Positions 39,300-51,909 of a stretch of DNA of 64,000 bases are shown piece after piece. The stretch spans positions 44,826,001-44,890,000 of the forward strand of contig OX597824.1 of the NCBI GenBank assembly GCA_951406725.2. Direction: 5' to 3'. Position numbers and translations under genes: made by a program. A model generated the notes under the pieces. The model worked only from the letters and a program-made list of their open reading frames with translations, ran no database searches and had not been told where the DNA came from. This stretch comes from Octopus vulgaris. Its lineage: Eukaryota. How positions within the stretch are numbered: position 1 is the stretch's first letter; each line of letters opens with the position of its first letter.

Positions 39300-41045
39300 C
39301 AAAATCCCTGAATAAAAACTGATGCAAAGTAGAGAAAACTTTTTCATCTTAATATATAAACATTGATGAGGGCTTAGCCAAAGAGGAAAGTGTCTGTCTT
39401 CAACCCTTGCAATTTGGTCCACCACACAGCTTCTTTCACAGAGACTGCAAGACAGATAAAGGCTGCCTGGCTTTTCTGACCAAAGGTCAGATGATGGGAT
39501 GATGTTCACAATGGATTCAGCTGACAGCCATATCTATCCTATACATGACAGCAGAATTTCAACACAACTCCTCAAGTCAGCAATGCTCAGGTACTGACCA
39601 AGTGTGTGCAGAACAGTTTTGTTGTTCTGTGCACATCCTGGGAAGGCTGTAATTCCCCACCTCCAGTAGCACTGCCTGGCCAGAGATTTCTGAAAGTTAT
39701 TCATTGGCCCTGAAAATCCTCTAGAACAGACCAACCACTTGATTTTCATTTATATCCAGAGCCTCCCTCTTGCCCATTACTTGCCCTTTATAGAATTCTA
39801 AAGTGAAACTTCCACCAACTGCAATGTCCAACTTGTAGAGGGTTATGAGTGTTTGACAGCATTCCAGATACCAGGCACCCTATTGTGATCTTTGCTTGAC
39901 CCAGGACTGTAGTAGCTCTTTCAAAGATATGAGCTGGGAAAAGACCTGTCTGATAAATGGCAACCATATCTGTTCATTATCAAGGAATTGCTAGAAATGT
40001 CACAGCTTCTGTGCATCATCAGCTATGGCATACCCAGACCTCCACTCAGCATGTACTGACAGCAAATGTGTGCCTGACCAGTGGAACATATCTCTTCCAC
40101 AGAAACCAAAAGAGCAAGTACTCCACTTCAGTCAGCTTGGAACTGGTGAAAGGAACAATAGTCAGGCAGTAATACATGACAGAGGCAATCTAAGTGTTTT
40201 TTACCTTTACCCAACCTTTCAGGGAATGCATCTCATGGCCTATTTTTGGGTAAGATTGGCCATGTTGTTTATCACCTCATCTCAATACTTTTCTACATGG
40301 AGATCTGGACCAAACCAAACCTCAATCAATTTTAACTGGTACATCCATCCAGTATTCCATGACACTGTTGGACAGCATGGACTTGTCACTTCAGGTGTCG
40401 AGCTACAGGCCTATAGACTTGGTTGATTTTTGCACCTGTCATTGCTTCATAGTTCCTTAGAACTGATCATCTTGATGTGCTTGGTGTCTGACACTATGAT
40501 GGTGGCATCATCTGCATATGCAAATAATTATTCCACACCTTAGTTCATATGGAATGCCCCTCAATGTCTTTAACTTCCACAGTAATGGCTCCAGAGCTGG
40601 TATATCCAGAAGAGATGAGAATGGATAACATTGACAAACCAAGCACATGATGCTGAATGATTCCAGTCAGTGACCATTCACCCTAACAACTGAGCAGATG
40701 TTGTTGTACATTGCAGTGATCCAACGATAAAAGATGGAACTGAAACTGGCTGCCAAGTATTGGTGGAAAACCCTATCAAAAACGTTTAACTGATCTAAGT
40801 TGATAGGGTCCTACACATGCTAGGTTCCTTACTTACTTCCTCTATGGTTTTTCACATGAGGTAGAAATTGTGGCTAGATCTATTCAGACCATCAACAACA
40901 AGTGTCAACCTCTTTGCTAACACCTTGACCAAAATGTTGAAGTCTACATTATACTGAGTTATGGTCCAAGAATTTTCAATGTGCTCTTCCTTGCTTAGGT
41001 CTTTTCTCAACAGCATCACAACTCTTCAATTCATAGCACTAGAAT
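39300..41045 (-). mobile_element. Degraded L1/Tx1-like LINE fragment
   Basis: Reverse strand: TITQYNVDFNILVKVLAKRL (~40905-40965), INLDQ..FDRV (~40770-40805), FAYADDAT (~40500-40525) and a zinc-knuckle remnant PGCAQNNKTVLH (~39600-39645). Confidence 0.75.
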
Positions 41046-42603
41046 TCTATCATTCTACTCTCTGTTGCAGTAAATATCTACCAAAAGGTTTTCAAACAAA
41101 TTTGGCATGTAAAAGAAAAGCTTGTAGGGAAGCAATGTGTTGCTAACATCACAACAACAATTATAATAATTGTTTCTAATTTAGGCAGAAGGCCAACAAT
41201 TTTGAGGAGGGAGTGCATAGTCAATACCATCAACCTTACTGATAACTTTTTTCACCTTAGAAGGACGAAGAGCAAAGCTGAACTCCCAGCACACTTTTTA
41301 ACTCATATTGCAAGACATTTTTCCTGATGGTCTAATGATTCTCTCTATCCATCACCATTACTGTAATAATAATAATGCTGACATTTCTAATATTTCTGAA
41401 ATTTGGAGTGGGGGAATAGTGGATTAAATTGACAGCAGTATTTGGTTGTATTTTATCAACCCCCATCAAATAGTTACTGTCAGTGCAAATGTTAAAACTT
41501 TGAAAGCAAAATTTACTCCATGTAATAAAAACAATGGTTTATCTAGTGTCAAAAAGGTACATCCATTTACGTCTGTCAGTATGATGGTTAAGTTAGTATA
41601 TGGATAAGGCAAGCAGATCAAATCTTGCTGAACATTATTTACTTTATCAATCATATTTCTCTAAAATTGATCAAATAAATACTTGAAATCCAATTGGCTG
41701 TTCGATGTAGCACTTTTGTGACTCTGTCCTTCAAATTTAAGACTAGCTTGAGACTTGAGTTGGATTGTCAAATCCTGCAAAAAAACAAGTATATCTATAA
41801 CCTATCATGTAGTGAGAACCAACTATAAACTGGGATTGATAAAATAAGTGAAGTAATGTGAGCATACTACATTGTTTGATGTGGTAGTTTAATGGCTTAT
41901 ATCTTCAGGGTCTAACTAGTCAGTGATAAACTGGAAAGAACAGTAAATGGGAAGGAAGAAGAAAAAGAACATTTTTGTAGGTTAACAAGGTCTTTAAGTT
42001 CAAATATTTACATATAAATTGCTTTTTTTTTTGCTACGTTTTTTCTTTCTTTTTCACAATGGAATTATGGATGGTCACTCCACTTCTAAATAATGACCTT
42101 GGCCATTCGCTTGTGAAATGGTAATAATGCCTGTTTTGCACAGCACAAAGCCAATATTGAGGAATGTGACTGCATCCACTCCATCAATAATGCAGGAAAA
42201 TGTACACATACTGAACAGGCATGCAACATGCAACTGACATGCACACATTGATGCATGTGCACATCTACATTTGTACAAGTGCAAACACAGTGGGTGGACA
42301 ATAGAATCAGCAGTCTTGGACAAATAACTTTATGGTGCTTAGTTAAGTACCTTTATGTTTCAAGTTCAAATGTTATCCACTATATATGCTAGAAAACAGA
42401 GCTCCAGTATAGCCACAATCCAGTAAAAGTATATACATACACATTTTGATCTGCACATATACTTTCATACACACACACACATCTGTTTTATGGTTTGAAC
42501 ATGAAAAGTGTTTAGAATTACATGTTAGACATTAGCTGCTTTTGTATTATTTTCCTCATTAATTCAATAATATCTATTTCATTTTGTTTTCAATTTCTTA
42601 TAG

Positions 42604-42745
42604 AGAAAGTATTGTGATAGGAACCACAGACTTTAACCCTATGGATATTCAGAAACTTGTTCGAGAAATGGGCAAGGAATTCCGTGGAGATTATTACCAT
42701 TTGTTAACCAAAAATTGCAACCATTTTTCCTCAATCTTAACAGAA
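42604..42745 (+). CDS. DESI2: DESI2 coding exon (142 nt; ESIVIGTTDFNPMDIQKLVREMGKEFRGDYYHLLTKNCNHFSSILTE)
   Basis: Acceptor tttcttatag ends 42603; donor gtatgt at 42746. Contains YHLxxKNCNHF with the catalytic Cys. Confidence 0.96.
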
Positions 42746-45199
42746 GTATGTACCATTTAATTCTTTTCATTTCTTCATCCCAACATCATAATATACAGAA
42801 TCATGCTTCCTACTACAGAGCTTGCTTGGTGGCTTGACATTTTTTAATACTTCCATTCCTTCATACATATCCACTTTAAAACAGTGTTTTAAACTTTTTT
42901 TTACTGTTACTAACTACATTACTGAATCTTGTTGTTCCCAGCAAGGTGTGGTGGTAGCTGTTCCTATGAACATTACAAAGAGAGAATCACTTTTCTAGAG
43001 ATTCAGCATCATCACATGTTATGTTAGATATGCTTTCGTTTTTGTTCAAAAACCACTTGAATGGACCACTTTGATGCTAAGTCAGTTTAGATTTAGCACA
43101 TTTGTTATTGGTCAAAAGGCTTCTTTGAGTGATTAAATGCATGTTGTTATTTAATCTCATGTCAACCCTGATTAAAAACATTCCAGTTGTTACCATTCTG
43201 ATTGTTTAAGGATATCTAGGACTACTTTGTCTAATGTTTCCTTTCCTTATTTCAGATGATTTGAGGGAGATTTAGCTGCTAATTCTAGCTGATCAAACAA
43301 CCATATAAGAGACTTCCTCAGATGTATGTATATGACATAAGGAAGCTCCTCTCATCTGTAACTTGCATGTAACATTGTGTATATTTTAACTAATTCTATC
43401 ATCACCATACACAATAAACAAATATCATGAGTCAATAAAGGATCTATGTTGTCAAATTTCCTTCGACTCATTGTAGTCTTAGGTACACTTTATGTAGTAA
43501 AAATGGTCATAACCAGAACATCTATGATCATGAGTCTACGTAATGAACCTGATGCTAAACAACAGCAATAAAACAACAAACAAATATTTATACCCTTGTG
43601 TGTGACTATATTACACACACATGCACATACACAATTTTGTACATGCCATAATGCTTCATCATAACAGTAGCCTGTTTATTTTTCTTTTATTTCCTCCTCT
43701 TTTATTCTTCATTCAGTTCTCTGTTTCTATGGTATGATCTGACATTACTCCACTTGACATCAGGTGAGTGCTAGCTAGTAAAAAGAGTGTTGTTAGCCAG
43801 TGAGATAAGCATTTTAATCTTGTTTCCCTTTGGTCTACTTTCTACAGATGTCATAGTACTCATACAATCCATATGCAAAACATATCCTTAACCATTACAC
43901 ACTTGTTTCTTTTATTTTTACCTGATCACATCCTCTACTTACTTGTACCTACCCAGTCTCTCTCTATCTGCCTCTCTACCTCTCTCTCTCTCTAGTTAGT
44001 ATTGCACACATAATGCCTCTTGCTCAGCTTGTTCTTTTCCAATTAAAAAAAGAAAAATTATAGCTTAGTTAGAAGTAGAATGGCAGTGATCATGACGTGT
44101 TTACAGAGCCTCTGAAGAAGGTATTGGATAAAGGAGAGATAAAACCATGGTCACAACAACAGGGCACAGTGCATCAAGATATCCTCATATCAAAGACTTA
44201 GTTCAAATTCTAGTGACCGAGTAGACTCCACTAAAGACATCCAAAGGCCAGATGATTTTAAAGCGGGTGACCCTTGAAAAGACACTGTCATCTGATGGAC
44301 TTCTTGACTTTCTTTTTACCAAGTTTCACTTACAAGATCTATGCTTACTAAAGGTGCCATGCAATAGGACCAAACAATGACTTCAAAATGAACTTCTTAA
44401 TTACATTGCCCTACCTGTGCCCACTGATCTATTGTATAACGTTGTTTTATATATTGTAGAGCTGGTTTGCCAGTTCACAGCCGCATTAATTGTTTATCTT
44501 TTCCCCATGTAAACTCAAACTAAAGTTGTTTCTATTACTACAGCTCATGTACAATGTCTCAATAACTTAATTTATAAAAATGTTATTACACATTAGTTTA
44601 GAAACGAAGTTTCTAGTTTGAATCCAGTTCAATACTAAATACATATCCAGGAATAGGACACTTGATGACTGAGGATCAAACAAATCAAAATATTATGTGA
44701 ATGTAAATATTAAAAAAAAAAATGAAAAGAATGTTTCATCTCTAGAGATGAAGTTAATAGTTAAAAAATGCTGCAATTTCATTGATTTTTTTTTTTTTAA
44801 ATTGAAGCATATGTAAAAGCTGTTGTCATTATAATTAATAGAAGTTTCAAGTTTAGATGTTCAGAGAAATTTTTTGAGAAAGAGGAGTTAACTACAGAAG
44901 AGGCATTATTTAAATTGGCACAGCTCTATCTGTATTTTATTACCTTTTAGATTTAGTCTAATTGTTAAGATGACACAAAAAAGCTAAGTTTCAGTTGATT
45001 TCTTTTATGAATTGTTGACTTCTGTGTTTTACTTTCCTGTTTGCAATCAGAAGGGCTTCTTATATATCACTGATTCTCTTGAGGTCAAATCAGTGTGATT
45101 GTTTCCCTTATCCACTCTTGCATACTGCTATGATTTCATGACTATAAGCAATTTTGTGTATGTAAACATATATATAATAGATAGATAGAAAGAATCTTT

Positions 45200-45725
45200 G
45201 TTGTGATGTTTACTTTTCCATACTTGCATGGGCCAGACAAGAGCATGTTTGGAACAGATTTTATGGCTGGATGCCTTTCTTATCAACAATCCCCACTTGT
45301 TTCCAGGTGAGGTAATCTATCAGACAACAAACAGCCTGAACAAGTTTACCCAGGGAAGTGGAAGCAAACAACACTATGTGAATGAATCTTTTGTTTTAAA
45401 AAGATTGTACATGTCAAGACATGTCGAGGCTTACTTTTGAGTAGACTGCAAGTAAACATTAACATTAGCAAAGCCATTGTTTAGAACCAGCAAGCAAACA
45501 CACATGAAGATGAAGGAAATATGAACTCACTCAGACAAACTCACACATAGACACACATACATATATATACAATGAACTTCTTTCAGTTTCTCTCTGCCAA
45601 ATCCATTCACAAGATTTTGGGCAGCCCAGAGCTATAGTAGAAGACTCTTGCCCAAGGTGCTGCACACACTGGACCTGAACTAAAAACCACATGGTTGGGA
45701 AGTGAACTTCTTAACCCCACAGCCA
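45200..45725 (-). mobile_element. SINE family A copy ending ~130 bp before the last DESI2 exon
   Basis: Tail ttttccatacttgcatgggccagac; head cttctttcagtttc...cttgcccaaggtgc...ggttgggaagtgaacttcttaaccccacagcc. Confidence 0.75.
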
Positions 45726-45854
45726 CACACACACATACACATTAGCCTAGTTAACATACTACATTCCATAATTCAGTCTTTGTTTATTATGTAAATCAAA
45801 ATTTTCTTTGTTATGTTGAGAAAGACACTGATTTTTTTTGCATTTAATTTTCAG

Positions 45855-46016
45855 ATTTTATGTGGCAAATCTGTTCCCAGTTGGGTGAATCGTCTTGCAT
45901 ACATGAGTACTTGTATACCATTCCTAGAGAAAGCATTACCAAAAGAATGGCTGACACCAGTTGCATTACAGAATGTTTTACAAGATCCAAATCATACGGA
46001 CATGGAGGAACAATGA
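45855..46016 (+). CDS. DESI2: DESI2 last coding exon ([53 protein letters not shown])
   Basis: Acceptor ttttcag ends 45854, phase 0; stop TGA at 46014-46016. LCGK.iP.WvNRLAY..CIPFL...[10 protein letters not shown] is typical of DESI2. Overlaps ORF-track entry 45813..46016. Confidence 0.94.
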   Translation: MLCGKSVPSWVNRLAYMSTCIPFLEKALPKEWLTPVALQNVLQDPNHTDMEEQ

Positions 46017-46030
46017 AACTTGTTTCCGTT

Positions 46031-46036
46031 AATAAA
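46031..46036 (+). promoter_or_regulatory. Candidate proximal polyadenylation signal
   Basis: AATAAA starting 15 nt after the DESI2 stop, with T-rich runs at ~46100-46135. AATAAA is frequent by chance in this AT-rich DNA. Confidence 0.3.
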
Positions 46037-46475
46037 AATGAAAAACTATTCACCTTCAAAATCAAGCAACCATCATGGCGAGAACTCTTGCTGCTAGCAT
46101 TATTTTTTTTTCTAAGTAATGTTTTTTTTTTGTTGTATGCAGAAGTTGAACAAAGTAATATGTATGGTAATGTCTGAACAATTACTATTAAACTTTCTCA
46201 TTTAACACATTTTCAACAAAAGTTCTTAACCATAAAAGGTTAATATATTTTTCCAAAAAGAAGAAAAAAAAATTTTTTTAATCTTTTCTTCAAAGTATTT
46301 TTTCCCCCTCTTTCCTTGTTATGGAATAAATTGATGTGCAGACCTCCTAGCACATAATCATTTTTTTTAAAATTTCTACAATACCGTTTGTATGTGTACA
46401 GTCCTTCTAAAAGACATTGCCTGCCATAGGTCCTCAAAGTTATGGACTTCTTCCTTCTTAAGCAGTGCCAAATAA

Positions 46476-46506
<31 letters not shown>

Positions 46507-48637
46507 AGATGGTGATGATGATAACAGATAGAAAGAGTGTTACAAAAGGAGCTGATGTCTCTATTGGACAAAATGATTGTACATAGATATTTATATAGAA
46601 GCATGTGCACACTTACATGTGAGAAAGCCATTTGGCAGGACTGGGTGTGACCTGTGTGTACATGTAGAAAAGTACAAAATATAATGTGTGTGTGCGTGTG
46701 TGTATGTGCATGTATGTATATCTCCAACTGTATATACCGACCCACTGTATCTGTGTAAGATTTATTAATTCATAGCTATTAGAGAGAATGAACAAAAACA
46801 AAGGACAGACACAACTATATCAAACTTCAGGCTCTGGGTCCTTAGCTGAAATCTCATCATGTGACCTGCTTCAATACTGTATTGGTATCTGGGCCCCCCT
46901 CCTCCTCATCCATTTCATGTTTTGTTTTATTGCTACTCGACCAAACTAAATATCAGAAAACGTCCAAGAGTGGCTAACTGTAACCTACATGTTAACTCAT
47001 TCTGAGTAAATGATACCTCTTGAAATACATATCTTTGTTTTCATAACTTTTCTTAGTATTGTTGTTATTATTGTTGTTGTTGTGGTGGTGGTGATAGTGG
47101 TCACCATTGTGTAGTGATAAAGTTCTAAGTGGACCGACTCATATCTAGTTTCAGTTTCCATTTGGAACTGCTTTAACTTATATCACTAATACACTTCTGG
47201 TGCCATAAACATTACAACTTTCCATTCCCTGCCTTTTCCTTAGAAATCTGAGACCTATGAATGAAATATGATCATCATCGTCATCATCATCATCATTATT
47301 ATTATTATTATATCTTTCCAGAATTAAAAAATAAGTTCCAGTCCCCAAAAAGTTGTTGTCTTGTGCCCATATTAGAAACTATTATTATTATTATTATCAT
47401 TATTATTTTGAGGTGGGGTTCACCATGTATCTTTAAGAAATTACCTTCATCAGTGTTTGTCTGATTTTTAAGAATTTTGAGATGTGAATGCATGTATATT
47501 TGTATTTTTCTTTATTTTTTTTTTGCCTAAATATTGTTTTTTTTTTCTTTCTGTTCTACTGCATTTTCCCTTTTTCTTGGTGAAATCCAGTTACTAATAT
47601 TAATCAACACATCCATGTAAAATACATATCTATCTATCTATCTATAGATAGACAGATAGATATATAGATAAATATAAAATAAAATTAACCCTTGCATGTT
47701 CAAATCTACTAGCAGCATAGTTGGCTCCTCTGTTTCATAATAAATCTTTTTTCAATGGAACAAAGTACAATGGCACCCTTTTAATATCCTGTAATTCCTG
47801 CACTGGTGTCTTCTACAGGTTATTTTCAAAAGTACATCTACCAACAACACCTGTCATAGTGGCAATTACCTTTCAACTAGTGATTTTTTCATTGTAAGAC
47901 TATCTTTACAGGGGTACATCACAGTGGTATAGAGAACTTGAAATTTAAGTCAAGTCTGTGTGTGTCTAGCTAGGTCAGTGACATCACCAATCTTTCTACA
48001 GTTGACAATTATCCACTTTCCATGGATCCATACGTGATCTTGCATACCAATGTGGGATTCATAATCTGGGGAACACCTGTGTTTGGCTTTGATTATCATG
48101 TAGTACATGAGGTTCCTTTCACGATAGTGAAATACCTTGTCCCAATGGTTAAGAGTCCAAGATGATTCAAAGTACCAAAGTGTTGTATCCATGATCAGCC
48201 GTCACAGCCCATTCTGCTTTCTCAGATTTTGAGCTTTCCCATAACCCTGGTGTGGGAGATGAGAGATTGCAAGTACTTGCCCAAAGTGCCACCTTGAGTC
48301 TCCAGATAGAAGGGGTGATTTAATGTCCTTTTCACAGACTGGCTTTGATAAATGTCCTGCACTGTACCCTAGGTACATATGTTTACATATGTATGTATAT
48401 GTACTCATAAAATCTCTATATTAATCATAGATAAGAATATATATTGAGCATTTTTCTAATATAATATTGTTCCTAGACTCTTAGAGAGAGACCATGCATG
48501 CGTGACAACTAAGGGATCGTAATTTTAGTCAAACTGGTTCTAATTCAACTTTGCTACTGCCCAAATCACATATGACAGAATTGTGCCTGTATTTGTTTAT
48601 TAAAATCAAAAATGTGCCCAGTACAACTTTGTGTTAC

Positions 48638-48664
48638 GTGTGTGTGTATATATACATATATATA

Positions 48665-48702
<38 letters not shown>

Positions 48703-48892
48703 ATGTGTATATATATTCATATATATATAATGTGTATATATATTCATATATATGTGTATATATATTCATATGTATATATATATTCATATGTATATGTGTA
48801 TATATATTCATATGTATATATGTGTATATATATTCATATGTATGTATGTGTATATATATTCATATGTATGTATGTGTATATATATTCATATG

Positions 48893-48950
<58 letters not shown>
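48638..48950. repeat. Compound (TA)/(TG) microsatellite evolving into a 16-26 bp minisatellite
   Basis: About seven units built on tatatattcatatg with variable tatg/tgtg extensions, between pure (TA)n runs. Confidence 0.9.
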
Positions 48951-49731
48951 GTCTGTATAAGAAACTAGATACTTTAAAGTTTACCTACAAATTATTTTAG
49001 AGCAAGATCAATTACACTTGCATGGACTTTACTTTTACATTTAAACACACTCTCACACTCATTTCTCAATCTTCCTATCTTACTACTCTGTACTTCTTTA
49101 CTGAAGACTGACTTTTCTGATACTAAAGGGTAGCCATAGATTGATCTCTGCAAATGTGAAAGATCATTTATGATACTAGCATATTAGAACTGCCTCCATA
49201 GACTACTGTGACTTAGTTTGTCTTAAGTATTAAGTTGATGATGACCAAAAGATATATTTTCTTTTTTACTTGACATCTGATTATGTGTCTCTAAATATAA
49301 TTATATGCTAGGATTTCTGTTTTTTTTTTTCTTCTTCTCCACACTCTTTCTCTCTCTCTCTCTCCCTCTCAACATCCTTTGCAAAATAATACATCGAATC
49401 CTGTTATGATTCCAATTCTCTGTTGCTTTGATTCTCCCAACCCATTTATTCTTTACAGCCACACCAGGAAGACATATTCTGTCTCAACTAGCTATAAATT
49501 GGGGGGTTTTTTCAACTGTTATCATTACATCAGCTAGATACTCAAGTTCCCAGAATGTTACAAAATGTCTTACAATAAATAGTTTTAGACTTCTTTCTGA
49601 CTTTATATCCTTCCAGAGTCAACTAAGCCTTTTGTCCTGCCAGTGATTTAGTACCATTGAAACACTTCACCACTATTACTGCCACCACCTCCAACACGAT
49701 ATAAAAAGGATCAATTTATTATTAGTAAAGT

Positions 49732-50295
49732 TGAAATACCACAGAGGTTGACTTTGCCTTTCATCAGGTCAATAAATTAAGTACCAGCGAAACACGAGTT
49801 GATGTAATCGATTAGTCCTCTCTCCCCAAATTTCAGGCCTTGTGCCTATAGTAGAAAGGATTTTTATTATTATTAAGGTAACAAGCTGGCAGAACCATTA
49901 CCATGCCAGGCAAAATGCTTAACGGTATTTCGTCTGCCACTACGTTCAGAGTTCAAATTCTGCCAAGGTCGACTTTACCTTTCATCCTTTTAGAGTCGAT
50001 AAATTAAGTACCAGTTACGCACTGGGGTCAATGTAATCGACTTAATCCTTTTGTCTGTCCTTGTTTGGCCCCTTGTGGGCAATAAAGAAATAAGAACCAT
50101 TACCATGCCAGGCAAAATGCTTAGTAGTATTTTGTCTGTATTTATGTGTTCTGAAGTTAACTTTATGCTGGGGTTAACCTTACCTTTCACCCTTTCGGGG
50201 TTGATAAAAGAAGTACCAGTTGATTACTGGAGTCAATCTAATCAGCTTACCCCCTCCCCCTCTGAAGTTGCTGGCCTTGTGCCAAAATTTGAAAC

Positions 50296-50352
<57 letters not shown>

Positions 50353-50795
50353 GACAGAGAATTGGCAAAATCAGTAGTGCTTAGAAGAAAATGCTAAGAC
50401 AGCATTTTTTCCAGCTCTTTACATTCTCACTTCAAATACCACTGAGGTCATTTTGCTTTTCACCCTTTCAGGGTCACTAAAATATAGTACCAGTCAAGTA
50501 CTTGGTCAATACAATCAATTAATATCCATTCCCTCAAAAAAATCACTACTGGCCTTTTGCCAAAAATTTGAAACAATTATTATTTATTAAGGCAGCAAAC
50601 TGGCAGAACTGTTAATGTCAGGCAAAATGTCTTGCAGTATTTCTCTTTTTTTTTTTTCACATCCAGCAATAGTCAGCTTTGCTTTTTATCTCTCTGAAGT
50701 TGATAAAATAAAGCACCAGTCATGCACTGGAGTCAATGGTATATTGACTAACTCTTCCCTTCGTAATTGCTAAATTAAAAGGCCTAAATTAAAAA
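49732..50795 (+). mobile_element. Head-to-tail cluster of about five family B SINE copies separated by (ATT)n
   Basis: The core gactttgcctttcatc...aagtaccag recurs at ~49750, ~49970, ~50180, ~50450 and ~50680; long (ATT)n at 50297-50351. Confidence 0.85.
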
Positions 50796-51909
50796 CATCA
50801 TTGTTTTAAAATCTATTTTCCCATATTTGCATGGGTTGGACAAAATTTGTTGAAGCAAATTTTCTGTCACTAGATACCCTTCCTGTTACCAACTTTCACT
50901 TGTTTCCGAGTGCCAGACATGATTGTGCAAAATATTTGAAATTAATGACACTATTACATGTTGTCAAAGCAAGGAGATCCAAACACAAAACTATAACATC
51001 ACGTCATAATTTTTTCTGTGCAAAATAGTATCAGCTGGTTGCAAGCCCTCACTGAATGGTTTTTATTGTAGAGATGGATTGTCTTCACTACAACTGGTGA
51101 GTACCATCTACCCTTGACTATATTGGATGACCATTGACTCTCCTGTGTTCCACTGCCCTTTAATGGGTCTTGTTTTTCATCCCACAGATGTCCAAAAATC
51201 CTCCTCCTCACCAAGCAAGCTTGTTGGAGTTACCAGTTAATGTGCCAGTGACCTAACTGTGCAACAAGTTGTATTAGGTTATATATCACCAGCAGCACAA
51301 GAGCAACTTGACATATACATGTGTGTGTGTATATGTTACATCTTCTCTTAGTTGAGGGGTCTTTTCTTCTTACGAGTTACTTGGTGACCTCACTAGTGCT
51401 GGTGCCACACATAAAAAGTACCTAGCATTCCCTGAAGTGCTTGGTATTAGCAAGGGCATACAATCATAGAAACCATACAAAAGCAGACATTGGAGCTTGA
51501 CATAGTAATGTGGCGCTTTGGCTCTTGTCAAACCACCCAGCCCATGTCAACATGGAAATCTGACATTAAACAATGATATGATGATAAGCCTTGATATATA
51601 TATATATATAATTGACCTGGAGCTATAGTAGAAGACACATGCCCAAGGTACTATGCCGTGGATTGAACTCAAAACCCTGCTGTTGGGAAGCAAACTTTAT
51701 AATTATGATAGTGAATGATAGAAACAATAAAACATTAGATAAATGCATCGTAGTGTTTTCTTCCAACTTTTTACATTCTAAGTTCAAAACCCACCTTTAC
51801 CTTTCATCCTTCTTGTATCAATAAAATAAGTACCCATCAGCCACTAAGTGTGATTTCCTTTCCCAAAAATGCATGGCCTTGTGCCTATTTTAGAAATCAT
51901 TATTATTAT

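Noticed and set aside
42601-42605. Tandem acceptor TAGAG at the catalytic DESI2 exon
   Set aside because: Use of the second AG would shift the frame by 2 nt; there is no evidence it is used.
47940-48300. Possible Gypsy integrase C-terminal remnant (ORF 47950..48192)
   Set aside because: No catalytic motifs or LTRs recognisable.
48566-49000. Several 80-118 aa ORFs rich in Y/I/C/V/H (also at ~960-1160, ~15360, ~62600-62960)
   Set aside because: Translations of (TA)/(TG)/(CA) microsatellites, not proteins.
49380-49650. Possible CR1 ORF1 esterase remnant (RICLPGVA) on the minus strand
   Set aside because: A single short motif; insufficient support.
50051-50377. Poly-Ile / poly-Asn ORFs
   Set aside because: They come from the (ATT)n SINE tail.
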